Below, in pieces: positions 25,501 through 39,000 of a DNA stretch of 64,000 nucleotides; the stretch's first letter is position 1; each line of letters opens with the position of its first letter. Origin of the DNA: Podarcis liolepis (Eukaryota). Both the position numbers and the translations under genes were made by a program. The notes under the pieces are model-generated. The model saw nothing but the letters and a program-made list of their open reading frames with translations, ran no database searches and was not told where the DNA came from. The stretch is from NCBI GenBank assembly GCA_965112155.1, contig OZ218099.1. One strand, given 5' to 3'.

Positions 25501-28500
25501 AATCTGCAGTTGTGGACATCCTATCAGCAGACTGTTCCAGAAAGTGTTACAGTGGTGCCTCGCAAGACGAAAAGAATCCGTTCTGTGATTCTCTTCGTCT
25601 AGCGGTTTTTTTCATCTTGCGAAGCAAGCCCATTGAAGGATTAGCGGATTAGCGCTATTAGCGGCTTTTAGAGGCTTTTAGCGGCTTATCTGCTGATCGA
25701 ATCAGCTGATAAGCGGCTTAGCAGCTTAGAAAAAGGGGGGAAGGGGGGAAACCAGCAGGAACTCGCAAGACATTGTCGTCTTGCGAAGCAAGCCCTTAGG
25801 AGGTTCGTTTTGCGAAGCACCTCCAAAACGGAAAACTCTTTCGTCTAGCGAGTTTTCCGTCTTGCAAGGCATTCGTCTTGCGGGGCACCACTGTATATGC
25901 TTCACAGATTCTACCTCTCATTTCACAAGTACAGTGGTACCTCAGGTTACATACGCTTCAGGTTACATAAGCTTCAGGTTACAGACTCCGCTAACCCAGA
26001 AATAGTACCTCGGGTTAAGAACTTTGCTTCAGGATGAGAACAGAAATCGTGCAGCAGTGGCGCAACAGCAGCAGGAGGCCCCATTAGCTAAAGTGGTGCT
26101 TCAGGTTAAGAACAGTTTCAGGTTAAGAACAGGCCTTCAGAACGAATTAAGTACGTAACCCGAGGTACCACAGTACTTAGGAAGATTAAGGACCTGCAGG
26201 CTATGGTGCTACTGATTCCAGCAAAGTGACTAAGACACTTGTAATTCTCCAGTGTAGTGAAGCTGTTGCCAAAGGACCCATGGATTCCTACCAGCCAGCA
26301 GGCATCTCCTACATCAGTACCCCATTCTTCATTAAGATACGGGATTCCAGGTTATATAGAAACTGAGCGAATCTTCCAACTCACTAAGTTATGCATCTAG
26401 GTGAGAAACACCTTGTTTGTATCAAGACATTCCTTCTCCATTAAACTTCATAAGCTTATTTGGAGAACCTTTGTCCTGGTGTCTACAATCTTATAAATAA
26501 GAGTCTAGACACTGCAGGATCTAGGGAAATCTTGAACTGCCCCAAGACAATCTTAATCATCTGAAACTTGGGTTTGAACATAGTCTTTGCCCCCCTCCCC
26601 AAGTTATCACCCAATACATTAGTTCATTTTACCCTTCTCAGTTCTTCTGCAGTATGCTAGAGTCCTCAGCATTTTCTTGAAAGCCTTAACCAGATTGAGC
26701 TTTGAACCATTCACTGCCGTTTCAATCAAAATTTGACTCTGAAAATCATTTTTCTCATGGTGTATCTGAGCTGGAAACTTTCCCTTTAAATAAGGATCTG
26801 TATATTTCTCATTAGGATAAAATGGTATTGTGGCCTGGTAGAAGGGCCTATCACCATACTCAGCTGTCCTACTTCCCTCAAGAAGAAAATAAATTCATTG
26901 GTTAGTACAGAATTTCTGTTTATTACAAAGAGCAGACTCTTGTAGACCTGGGGAGAGTTATTTTTTATTTGAAACCTTAATAAATATACCAATTTAAAAT
27001 CCTGTTTCGGGTCTGATATACTATCCAAATCTTTGCAGGTTGTTTTTCTGTTAAACCTTGTAACCAGACCTTTTTCAGCTGGAATGTGTCAGAGCACAGT
27101 TCTGGCACCTCTTATATGGGCACAATTGCAGGCCAGCACTCCTCCTGCCCGTTTATTGCCGTTATGTACTGCTGAGAAGCCCAAAACAAACATTTCAAAT
27201 CAAAAAGGATGCAGGCCAGCGTATCCGAGTCTACTTCTTCTTTTTTTTATCTATGACTCCACCCAGCTCCTAGCTGCAATTGGTCGAGCTATGGGGCAGG
27301 GCCAATTCATATTTCCTTTTCTTCAGTCCGTCTTTCATGGAGCCGTTTTAAACTTTCCAGCCAGGCCTCTACCAGTGCACACACATGCGTTTGCGCAAGG
27401 GCCCATCTGTTGAATCTAAGAAAACAAGGGAGGCCGGGGTACATTTATCTTACCTAGTGTTTTGAATGTTCTTCCATTGTTAACAGTTGGAGGTTTTTCA
27501 TTTTGAACTCCCAATGATTTTCGTAACTAAATTTTCGTCCATTAGACTTTGCGATCTCTTTGATTCCAGAAGCTGTATTATTCTTGCTGGTATACTCTAG
27601 AATAACTTCATTTGACATCTTTAACATATATCGCCAGGAATAAAGCAAGTATAGTTCTGCAGATGAGCTTTCAAAGACTTTAGCAATTAACTCAATCCAG
27701 ATATTGCAAACATTGAACGCCTTCCTTTTCAGCCACTCAAAATAGCACTCTCTCCAGATGTGTGGTCCAAATACTTGTGCGTGATTTCTCAGCATATTAG
27801 AGCTGTGTCTCCATCAAGCCTATCTAGGAGAAAGTAACTTTTTTGGGGGGGGGGGAGACCAAAATGCAAAAATATAAAATGGATCCTTCTGTGTTTCAAA
27901 GAGGTTTGAATGGTGCTTGCTTCTTAGCTATGTATTTCCAATAGTCCTGGTGATATCATTGTTCAGTGTTTAGGATTATACTATTATTAATGTTTATATC
28001 ATTCCCCCCACTTACAATACATGATATTTTAAAAATAAATGATGAGAGAGTTGTGAAGGGTCAGCAGGGCTCCTGATCTTTCCTTTCTCCACGGTGCCAT
28101 TTGAAAAGGATTTTGAGTCCCTAACAAACCTTTAGGGAGTAGTGGAAGGGTTGCTTAAAACGAAAACAATGGCAAGGGGTACTCGGCGACCTCACTCTGT
28201 CCAGTCATCTGGTTCTTCATTTGTCCCTGCTGTGAAACAGAACTTATCTTTTGTCTGTACATCTTTTCCCCCCACCCCCCTTTCCTTTCTATTATAGTTC
28301 AATCAATGATGTCATTATGTGTGCCATTCAGAAACTGTTGAACCACTTGGCTGCAGGAATTTGGAGGAGCAACTGGGGGAGAATGGAGAACTGTGCTCTC
28401 ACTCCCAGTCTTCAAGGGTCTATTCTGATTTTAACAAAAAAAAAACCTGAAGTCACATTTCTTTTTTTAACTCCTGTTCACCATGAAAAACAAAAGTAAT

Positions 28501-29981
28501 CTAAAGTAAGGGGAATGCATACATGAGGTCAGTGCAAGCCAACCACAATGCTTTTCTTTGGCATGAATAATCAAGCCTTTTAAGAGTTCTAATTTACACC
28601 ACAAACATTTTCCAGGGATTTATAATAGTGCTTTCTTGCTCAATAAAAATGCCAGCATCTCTGGAATTTGTGCCATTGTTCATAATTTTCCTTCTGTACC
28701 TCATTAAACTGTTTCAGTTTGATTAAACAGTTGTCTAGTGCTGATGGGGAAAGGAGGCACCCATGTAGCTCAGGACCTGGAGAGCTACTTGCTATATGTT
28801 GCTGTAGCATCAGATTAAAACCCCATAACATATTTTGATTATTAGCACAGGTTTCATTATTAGTAAAACTTAAGTAGCATCCCTCATCTGTTTCAGTGTA
28901 GAGGCATGTGTTGATAATTAGTAATAAAATCCATTCAAGATAAAAGTAGCTTTTTCAGATCTTTGGCTGAGATCCCAAGATCCTGCTGGATGTGACAGGC
29001 ATTTCTGCTTATGTGTGGGGTGTAGCCAATCTCCCCCTTTTTGCAGCTTCCTGAAATACTGTTCTAGAGGGTTCTCTAACCTTCTGCACTAGTTGGGGTG
29101 TGTGCAAAGGGCTGCAGACAGTGGGAGGTATCGAATACCTTCCATTCTTGCAGTGGAATCCAAGTCTTTGAAAGCAGTCCTAGAACTTCTTTTATTTTAG
29201 AAAATATACAGTAATATATTGTTAATTCATAAAGCAGCTAAATATAAACTAAAACCTTTTAATGATACTCTGTAGGAATCTGATCCAAATCTCTTAAAAT
29301 CAGCAGTCTCCAGAATCTTATGGAGATTGTTTTTGTTGTTCTATCCATGCACGTGATACTTTATAAAGAATGAGAGGCTTCTGCCCCAAGGGACTTAACA
29401 TTTTAGAAACAAAAGAAGGGGAGAAAAATTGAGTAATGGAGGTAAGCAGAGGAAGAATATGTGGTATTTCAGATTATGCACATTTAGTCTTAGTTACAGT
29501 AGGTTATTGGGAAAATACAGTTTCTGTTCTCACTTTTGAGATGTTCTTCTACAGCTCCTCAGAGAAGCACATTTGGTATCAATACAGATCAGGCTTGAAG
29601 CTTTGAATTGTGAGGTATTTCTTCTAAAGTTGGTGTTAGGTTTAATGGCTCGGTCCAGTATACCTGAAGGAGCGTCTCCACCTCCATCGTTCTGCCCGGA
29701 CACTGAGGTCCAGCGCCAAGGGCCTTCTGGCGGTTCCCTCACTGCGAGAAGCAAAGCTACGGGGAACCAGGCAGAGGGCCTTCTCGGTAGTGGCACCCAC
29801 CCTGTGGAACGCCCTCTGACCAGATGTCAAAGAGAAAAATAACTACCAAACTTTTAGAATACATCCGAAGGCAGCCCTGTTTAGAGAAGCTTTTAATGTT
29901 TAATAGGTTATTGTATTTTAGTGTTTTGTTGGAAACCACCCAGAGTGGCTGGGGAAACCCAGCCAGATGGGCAGGGTATAA

Positions 29982-30044
<63 letters not shown>

Positions 30045-33000
30045 TTTATTCCAGAATTGCAGATATTGTTATCTTGGTTAGTCCTCTGTATATCGAAAAG
30101 CATTACCTTCTAGTTGGTGGGCTGTGCACAGGAACAAACCTTGGTTATAGCTTGTGGTTAGTGAGGAGATAACTTCATCACAAGTCCTAGTTGTCTCACA
30201 CGTAAGTTAAGCTTAGCCTGGTGTAGCAGCAAAAAGGACTTCTCTCCGTGAGTCCGCACACTTCTACGGTCCCAGTAACCCAATGCTTGGCTTAGCTTGT
30301 CATGAAAACCAGCCCTACTCTTTCTCTTTTGTGCATAGCTGATGCTGGCTTGTTTGGTGAGCTCTATAAATTGCTGTAATAAAAGGTTTACTGAGAATTT
30401 TATGATTAGTAATACTCTTAAACTGAGATATGAAATATTTAGTGAGAGATTTTATAATAGCTTTTTAACCCAATATGGTGGGCTTGCAGTAAGCAAAATT
30501 CTACAGTCATAAGACTATTCTTATATTATTAGCTGTTCGCTTATCATTAAGCAGACTATATAGAGCAAGGCTACAATCCAATATCCACTACCTGGGAGTA
30601 AGCTCTATTGAGCTTGGGGGAACTTCTGTGCAGTCCACTGAACAGCAGTGAGACAATGTGATAAACAGCTTGCTAACCCCAAATTAATTTATTTTATTTG
30701 GAAGATGCCCTGATTTTCCACTAATGGTCAGGAGATCATTAATGTAAGACTACTTACATTAAAAATTAAAAAATACATGAGAAAAATAAAACTGAGCAAA
30801 ATCCACTAGTCATGACAGAGAAGTAGAAATAGCTTGTAGTGTTCTGTTTGCACTCTGACCATTGACAGTGAGATTTTGACAGTAAGGAAGTACAATTCGA
30901 CATCTGGAATAAGGGAGAAAAGTCTTCTGCATATTATTTTTGAGGACAGTAAATATGGGTTTTTCAGCTCCGCTTACTGAAACTTCTGTTTAACTGTGTT
31001 GTTTTAAAAGCTGTAGCTCAAGTCCATTTCTAATCACTGACAACAACTAGTGGTCCTCAGTTCATACATTTTCATCTAAAACCTTATCCAGTCAATTCCC
31101 ATTACCCTGGATGAGATCTGGGAATCAGTTGTGAATATGTAACCAGTTGTGATTCTGTATATGCATTGCCTATGTACACAAAAGTCTGGTCCCACACATA
31201 ATTTCCTTCGCTGGGTCAGGCTAATTGTGGACATGTACATAGAATGCAATAGGTGAAGCTACCTAACTATATCCTTTGAACACTGTTAAATGCGTGATCT
31301 GATCCTCTGAGGAGGGAGAAGTTTTATATGTTTCTTCAGGAGAAAGGCTAGCGTTTGTGGTAGTTGAATGTATCCATCATTACCTGGAATATTTTTGAAT
31401 CTTGAAAAGGCTACATTATGTTATTAAAAAGCTCACAAAAGCCTTTCACTTTTTCACTCTGCACCTGAGATGTGTCTCTTTCAGTCTGCCATGTGGCATT
31501 CCTTATATGTATGCTTCATCCTCTGACGTCTAGGTCAAAGAATGCTTTTCAACTTCAGAATTAAACTGGGAGTTGCAGGTGTGCTCTTAACACATGGCTG
31601 TGACTTTTTTTGTTCCTCACTCCCCTGCTGATCCCGTTTGGAGCAAGCATAAACTTTTATCTGTGAAGGCCCCTGGTATTTTGACACAGAGCCCTTTCAG
31701 AACTGCTGGCTCTCAGAACTTTGCCCTTTAACAAATTCAACACCTCAAACAATTCTGATCTCTTAAGCTTTCTCTCTTCCCTGGCTTGTATTTATGCTTT
31801 AAGCAGAAAGAGTCAAGTAAAGAAGAAACAGTCCTGGTGGATCTGCACTGCCTTTCATTTCCTTTTTTATTTATTTTTTGCTATGATGCCAACGCTGACC
31901 TGTATATTTAATGTAGAGATCTGTGTAACTTGAAAATTTGTGTCAACTAAATCCAAAAGATGATACAGTTGTGCAAAGGTGCATTGACAGTGAAACTTAA
32001 TTCTTTTTTCTATCGGATTAGATACATTATCAGATTTTGTTACTGACTCTGCTTTTGTTTTATTAGTTTTATCATCTTGTAGTCTTCAAAATAGGGGTGT
32101 GATGACCCTGCAGTGGATATAGAGTTGAATATTGATTATCATCATTGCCTTGACATCTTGCATTATGTGTTAGTTAGCATCATGGTGTGGTAGACTACAG
32201 TAGTTTGCCCTTTCTTTGTATCAAATTGTAGGACGAGCCTGCCAGCTGTCTGTTGTATAGAAACATAAACATAACCTTATTTAACACTAGTTCACATCTG
32301 TAGCTTCATTTCTAAACAACACTTTTGGGGCTCTGAAAAGAGCTTGTTTCAGTGTCATCACAACCTTCTACAACTACATCAAGTTCTTGGTGAAACATGA
32401 CTTATTAGAGGATGGGAAGAACTGTGCAGTGTTTGACTTTCTCTTGGGCTTTGAGATTAAAGAGCTGTGTTGATTTGACTGACTAGTCCTGAAAGGGGGA
32501 GATTAATCACATATTCTTTGGGTCTTTTGTGAGAAGCAGAGTGGGAAGGTAAGTGGTATTGGAGTCTATAAAACTAACAGCTCCTTGATTGTGCCTCTGC
32601 CATTGATCACAGTGCATGTGTAATGTGTAACTGAGCAAGTTTAATACTTGGCAAAATATCATTCTAGAGCTGTAAAAGGGAGAGTGGTGTCACAATATGA
32701 TTATATTGAAACTTTTCAGTTTCCTGTTGTTTCATTGCCCCTACTATTTGCTGCCGAGCGTCATTCGCGTAGTTGATGCACACAGACACAGAATAGAGTC
32801 CACTAGGGAAAAGAGCAAGAAGATATAAATATGTTGGGATGAATTTCAAAAAGGTGGTGGGTGACAGCTGCGCATCCCAGGATTAGAGTGTTTTGAAGAA
32901 CAAAACTATCAGTTGCTGTCATTCACCCTCTGGGTATGAAATTGGAAGCCAGCTACTCATGAGTGTTTCATAACCTTTACCTTTTGGAGGTCAAGGCCAT

Positions 33001-36000
33001 GTCATCATTAATCTACCATCGCCTGAAAGCCTGGAGGCTCTGCTTTTCATCCTGCCATCCGTCATGCTGCAGTGGAGATACAGGAGTGGTGACCAGAAGG
33101 GTTCATTTTTATATAAATGCCCTCCCACTGGCTTGTAAAATGCAATTCATGATAATGTCATGCTTATTTTTATTTTTTTTAAAAAAGGGACACCTGAAGA
33201 AATTAACAGGCCACAGGTTTAAAACAAAAAAAGGATAGTTCCCCCCCCCCCCCGCCCGTTCCCTGCTATCACATATGCTTGCAGAGTACACAATTGATCT
33301 ATTGAACCTGTTTTCATAGTGTTGACTTGACCAGCTGGTATGAAGGGCTGAAAAAACCCATGGTTTATCCCTCTGTAGCTATTTACCATAGACATGCAGA
33401 TAAATACACAGTGTATTCTGAAACCTTAGACTCTGGCAGTTTAGAGAGGAACATAATGAGTGGGGAAAGTGTATAGCATCTGAATTCAGAACTGCCTGCT
33501 ATTAAATATACGATACCAAGCCTCATAGATCACTTACAGGCATGCTGTATTTGTATTGCTCCTGTCTTCAATTGTATCCTAGAACTCAATTCTGGTATGC
33601 GAGAGGGTTCATCTGAAAAATTCTGCATTGCTTCCTCCTGTGGACCTTTTCTTAATTGAAAGCATCCTTCTGTCATTTGTTGCCTGATATCTTTCAGTTG
33701 TGTACTTCCTCAAGGTAACTTACTATATTTTCATATTCAGACATTGTCTTAGAGATGAGGCTAGGGAAACTCGATTGCTTTGTAGTTTGCTGTATGAGTC
33801 TATCCAGCTGCATTAGTCAACTTGCGGAGGCCTTTCCCTAGCACTGCTTCATTTTTTTTATTCCTCCTTTCACTTCAAAGGAACATAAAGACTCATCCCT
33901 CTGTATATTGAAAAGAGATAAATAGTTAAAAGCGCCTGCACTATGACAAAAAAAATTGCACTTCACAAAGAGGGATCCTCTTAAAGCTAATGACAAAAAG
34001 AATTCTTGCATAGTGTCCTAGGACGCTGTGAGAGCCAGAAATGTAGCTCTTTATCTTTAAGAAAGATTACCCAAAGATGCAATAAAGGCACATCCCTCAA
34101 TTGATAATAGCCAAACAGATTGAAAGGGACACGGGTGGCGCTGTGGGTTAAACCACAGAGCCTAGGACTTGCTGATCAGAAGGTCGGCGGTTTGAATCCC
34201 GGGGTGAGCTTCCGTTGCTCGGTCCCTGCTCCTGCCAACCTTGCAGTTCAAAAGCAAAGTGCAAGTAGATAAATAGGGACTGCTCCGGTGGGAAGGTAAA
34301 CGGCGTTTCCGTGCGCTGCTCTGGTTCTCCAGAAGCGGCTTAGTCATGCTGGCCACAAGACCCGGAAGCAGTACGCCGGCTCCCTCGGCCAGTAAAGCAA
34401 AATGAGCGCTGCAACCCCAGAGTCGGCCACGACTGGATCTAATGGTCAGGGGTCCCTTTACCTTTACCTTTAAGCAGATTGAAAGATGTACCTACATGCT
34501 TAGAATGTTGATTAGTATCAAGGAGGGTGTGATGGGGACTGATTGCTCTGTATTTGCCTTCACCTAACTTGTGAGTTGTATAGTACTAGTAAAAGCCAGG
34601 TATTGGCATCTAAGGATACTTTGATTGGGCACAGTACAATATATTTTAGGTTCTTTTGGTGCAGCGATTGAAGCCTTTTAACTATGGAAAGTTGTTATGC
34701 AAATAAAACGAGGTCTGTATGATGTATGTAAGCCATACTTTTGCTTACTATGTTGTGTGAACCATGCCTAAGGAGGCTTGCAACAAATGTAACAAAAATG
34801 GTCAAGCACATCAAAAAGTATGCAACCAAATCAAACAAATCTGACATTAAATCGTGTTCTAAAAATATAGATACAAAAAATTAATATCAATAACAGCAGC
34901 AACCCCCCCCCAAAAAAAAAACAATTCTCCAACCTAAGAGTCTCTTCAGCAGCCTCAGCTTCTGTAGGATGTAATTCAAACTAGAATATTTCATCAGTGC
35001 AAGAATTCAAGGTTCTCACCACACATTTCGCTCCAATATTTCAATATTTCAAACCATACAGAGGTTTACCTGCTCTCTGGACAAGTCATTCTTACCAAGG
35101 TGAATCAATAGGCCTAGGGCATCACAGAGCAGCTTATTTTCATTTTGGAATGAAAGAGGCATACAGTAAGTGTGAGTTGACTCCTTCTATTGCCCAAGAA
35201 GTCAAGGAGCCATGCAATCTGGTATTGTAGTCTTCACCCCAGTTGGTTCTCTGCCTTCACCCAAGACAGAGCCTCCTCTTACTTCAGCATTTGTACTTGC
35301 CTTCCAGCTAGTCTTTATTTCAAATTTCAACTTATTTCATTCTCTTTGTCGTCTTCCTCTTTTTATTCATAGAGATTTAAAATTTGTTATTTGTCTTTTC
35401 TGCTTACTCTTTTCCTATCTCCCTTCCTTATGGGTTAATTGGGAAGACACTGCTTTCTCAACAAAATGGCACCATTTTGTTCACATGGTCAGACCCACTA
35501 AATCTGAGACAATGACCTGCAGCTGCTTAACAACCTTGCAGCAGTGCATGCATCTCCAGGGGGAAAGCCCTATTCCTCCACACGTATATCCCAGCCTTGC
35601 CAACATCTGCTGCCATCGCAAAATCTGTGAAAACTCCCTGCCTGAATTTGTCCTTTCTAACTACTGTTTCCATAAGGACTTAACAAGAGAGTAAACAACT
35701 GCAGAACCCCAAAGACACCAACCATCCTTCCATCTCAGGTGATGAGGGAATGGGGCAGCCAGGGCACCATACAAACAGGGTCCTCCTGTTAGGTGCCATC
35801 TTGGAAAAGAATTATCTCCACAATTGCAGACTATCTGTGCCAGAGAGTGAGTCTCCCAAGCAACCAGCTAAACAAAGGCCTTCATAAACAAAAGACATTC
35901 AACATTCATCAGATGAATCTGACCAGGGCTCACCTGTATATCACCTGCAGGCCTTGAGTGAAATCCCAGCCTCTTGCAGAAAGTTGCCTTCTAAGGCCCC

Positions 36001-39000
36001 CATCACAGATAATACATCTGCTACTCCCATTGCTACTGTTCCTGCTGATAGACAAAGGGATCTGGAGCATCAGGGTAACCTGGAGAGAACTGGGAGTGAG
36101 TTGCCTGATGAACAGACCGCACCAGACTTTTTCATAATGATGAGCTTTATTTTGTCTCTAAAAACACTCTAATCCATTCTGAAAGATGCTACAAGAGATT
36201 GGGCTTCTGAGGACACTCCTTAGATCATGAAGCTTCTGAGGATCCAAAGTGCTGCCTTTTGTTCCTTTTAGAATCATAGAATCATAGAGTTGGAATAGAC
36301 CACAAGGGCTATCGAGTCCAACCCCCTGCCATGCAGGAAACACCATCAGAGCACTCCTGACATATGGTTGTCAAGCCTCTGCTTAAAGACCTCCAACTAA
36401 GGAGACTCCACCACACTCCTTGGCAGCAAATTCCACTGTCGAACAGCTCTTACTGTCAGGAAGTTCTTCCTAATGTTTAGGTGGAATCTTCTTTCTTGTA
36501 GTTTGGATCCATTGCTCCGTGTCTGCTTCTCTGGAGCAGCAGAAAACAACCTTTCTCCCTCCTCTATGTGACATCCTTTTATATATTTGAACATGGCTAT
36601 CATATCACCCCTTAACCTCCTCTTCTCCAGGCTAAACATGCCCAGCTCCCTTAGCCGTTCCTCATAAGGCATCGTTTCCAGACCTTTGACCATTTTGGTT
36701 GCCCTCCTCTGGACACGTTCCAGTTTGTCAGTGTCCTTCTTGAACTGTGGTGCCCAGAACTGGACACAGTACTCCAGGTGAGGTCTGACCAGAGCAGAAT
36801 ACAGTGGCACTATTACTTCCCTTGATCTATACTATACTCCTATTGATGCAGCCCAGAATATTTACGAAGATAGGATGTTTACAAAGTAAGTTCTGATAGT
36901 GGCTGTTTAATGGGAAGGTGCTTAGCTGACTGACTGGCTATTCTGACAGCCAAGAAAAGGTACTTTGTGATAAAAATCAAGATAATAAATGCTACTCTCA
37001 TGAATGTATATAATTTTTTAATTTTTGTTTCCATATTTATTTGGATAGTTTTCTATCCCACTTTCTCCCTATAAAATGGAGGTGCCCCGCTACCTAGGCA
37101 AAGAATAAAAGAATGCAATAAGCAACACTTCAATAAAACATTTATTAAAAATAAAAAGGCAGTACTGTAGTAAAAAAATTAAACTAATATATCCAAAGGG
37201 TATCAAGACTAAATAAGGATACCCCACCTGCTATTAAGCTGCCTCCTTAGTTGATACTTTATCTGCCCATTTGGGATACACTAATTGTTTATTGCACAAG
37301 CTATAACTCTTTGAAGGCAAAACCACTATCAAATATCCTTTGCATAAATATAGCCCAGGCACCCCCAACCTGCAGCCCTCCAGATGTTTTGGCCTACAAC
37401 TCCCATGATCCCTAGCTAACAAGACCAGTGGTCAGGGATGATGGGAATTGTAGTCCAAAACATCTGGAGGTCCGAAGGTTGGGGATGCCTGATGCCTATC
37501 TAGCTTGTGCCCCATACTTGATTTTTTACTCTGCACCTGTATCCTAATTTCACTCTTACTCACCCAGCACATGGATTCAACATCTGTATTGTAGTCATTT
37601 GGATATAAATATGCCAGAACAACAAACAAATACTGCTGAGCCTTTTTAAGGAGATGCCATTCCAGTAAAGGAGAGCAGTGGATCTTTATGCTAGATCATG
37701 GGTGGGCAAACTAAGGCCCGGGGGCCGGATCTGGCCCAGTCGCCTTCTAAATCCGGCCCGCAGACGGTCCAGGAATCAGCATGTTTTTACATGAGTAGAA
37801 TGTGTCCTTTTATTTAAAATGCATCTCTGGGTTATTTGTGGGGCCTGCCTGCTGTTTTTACATGGGTAGAATGTGTGCTTTTATTTAGAATGCATCTCTG
37901 GAATTCGTTCGTTCCCCCCCCCCCCAAAAAAAATATAGTCCGGCCCCCCACAAGGTCTGAGGGACAGTGGACCGGCCCCCTGCTGAAAAAGTTCTAACCC
38001 CTGTGCTAGATAAACAAAGGGGTGAAGATCCAATGGAGCCCCCGCCCTAGTAAAGCTGCAGTAGAAGTATCATCCAGCCATTGGCCTAATGTGGGTTTTC
38101 CTTCCTTTTTTATGCAATGGAAACCACGCCTAAAATATAAGAGGCAACTTTTTCTCTTCTGCCCCACCCCACTTCTAGATGACCAAAATCCAGTAAGTCA
38201 GATCTTTCTTGGGGCCACCCAAAGAGTATCCCTGCCTTTATCTGCTGCTTTAAAGGGCTTGAAAGCATCTGTCTCTGCTCTGCACCAACACCTGTTCTCA
38301 GTCACTCTCCACTCCCACAAAACGATCCAGTAGCATGGCAGAACAGCTGGAGGTCCTGCTTAGCCGCTGGTTCTTAATAGCAACAGCAAAGGAAAGCAGA
38401 GCTTCGAATCATAGAATTGTAGATTTGGAAAGGACCCCGAGGATCAACTATTCCAACCCTCTGCATTGCAGGAAAATGCAGCTGGCCCTTACGAGGATTG
38501 AACCCGCAACCTCAGCGCTATCAGCACCACATTCTCACCAACTGAGCTAATCTGGTTTTCCTAAACAGCCAAGTTATCCCCTGCAGCTTCTCTCTCCAGT
38601 GGCTGTCCACAAAGCTCTCCACCGAAAGATGTGTGAAAGTGCAGTGGAGCAATCCGTATCATTTGTATTTGAAACAGGAGTTTTTTGTTTCAGTTCCTGC
38701 CTGTGCTGCCCCCAAGTATGTTTTTCTCCAAGTAATGCAAGTTCTGTGCTTATTTTACAAATGGTGTGTGTTTGTGTGCGCACATAGACTAATTTTGCAT
38801 CGTTTTGCTTTCAAGTCTGGATGTAGTAAAACATTTTGGAACTTTTCAGGAAGAGCAGACGAATAAGGAGAGAAAGGTGTGGAGATAGTTATAGGAGTCA
38901 TAGGACAAGCATAGGAGATGTGTGCAGATAACACCCCCCCCCCAAAAAAAACAAGCCTATGGCCAATGAAATCCTTTGTCTACCTCCTCTGATTACTTAG

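Larger units (their letters stand above)
23654..27030 (+). mobile_element. Decayed DIRS1-type (tyrosine recombinase) retrotransposon
   Basis: Ordered + strand remnants: gag-like [28 protein letters not shown] (23.7-23.8 kb); [49 protein letters not shown] (24.4-24.73 kb); RNase [38 protein letters not shown] (25.1-25.28 kb); [25 protein letters not shown] (26.7-26.78 kb). Many stops and frameshifts; ends approximate. Confidence 0.85.

Noticed and set aside
29824-30172. Poly-Leu/Ile/Tyr ORFs
   Set aside because: Translations of the (ATT)n microsatellite.
34930-36260. Possible second decayed retroelement (ORFs 35212-35694 and 35954-36172)
   Set aside because: The sequence looks atypical, but I found no diagnostic domain motif.
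38480-38556. tRNA-Ile(GAT)-like gene on the - strand
   Set aside because: The stems are degenerate and it is fused to a CR1-type tail, so it is a SINE head rather than a functional tRNA.
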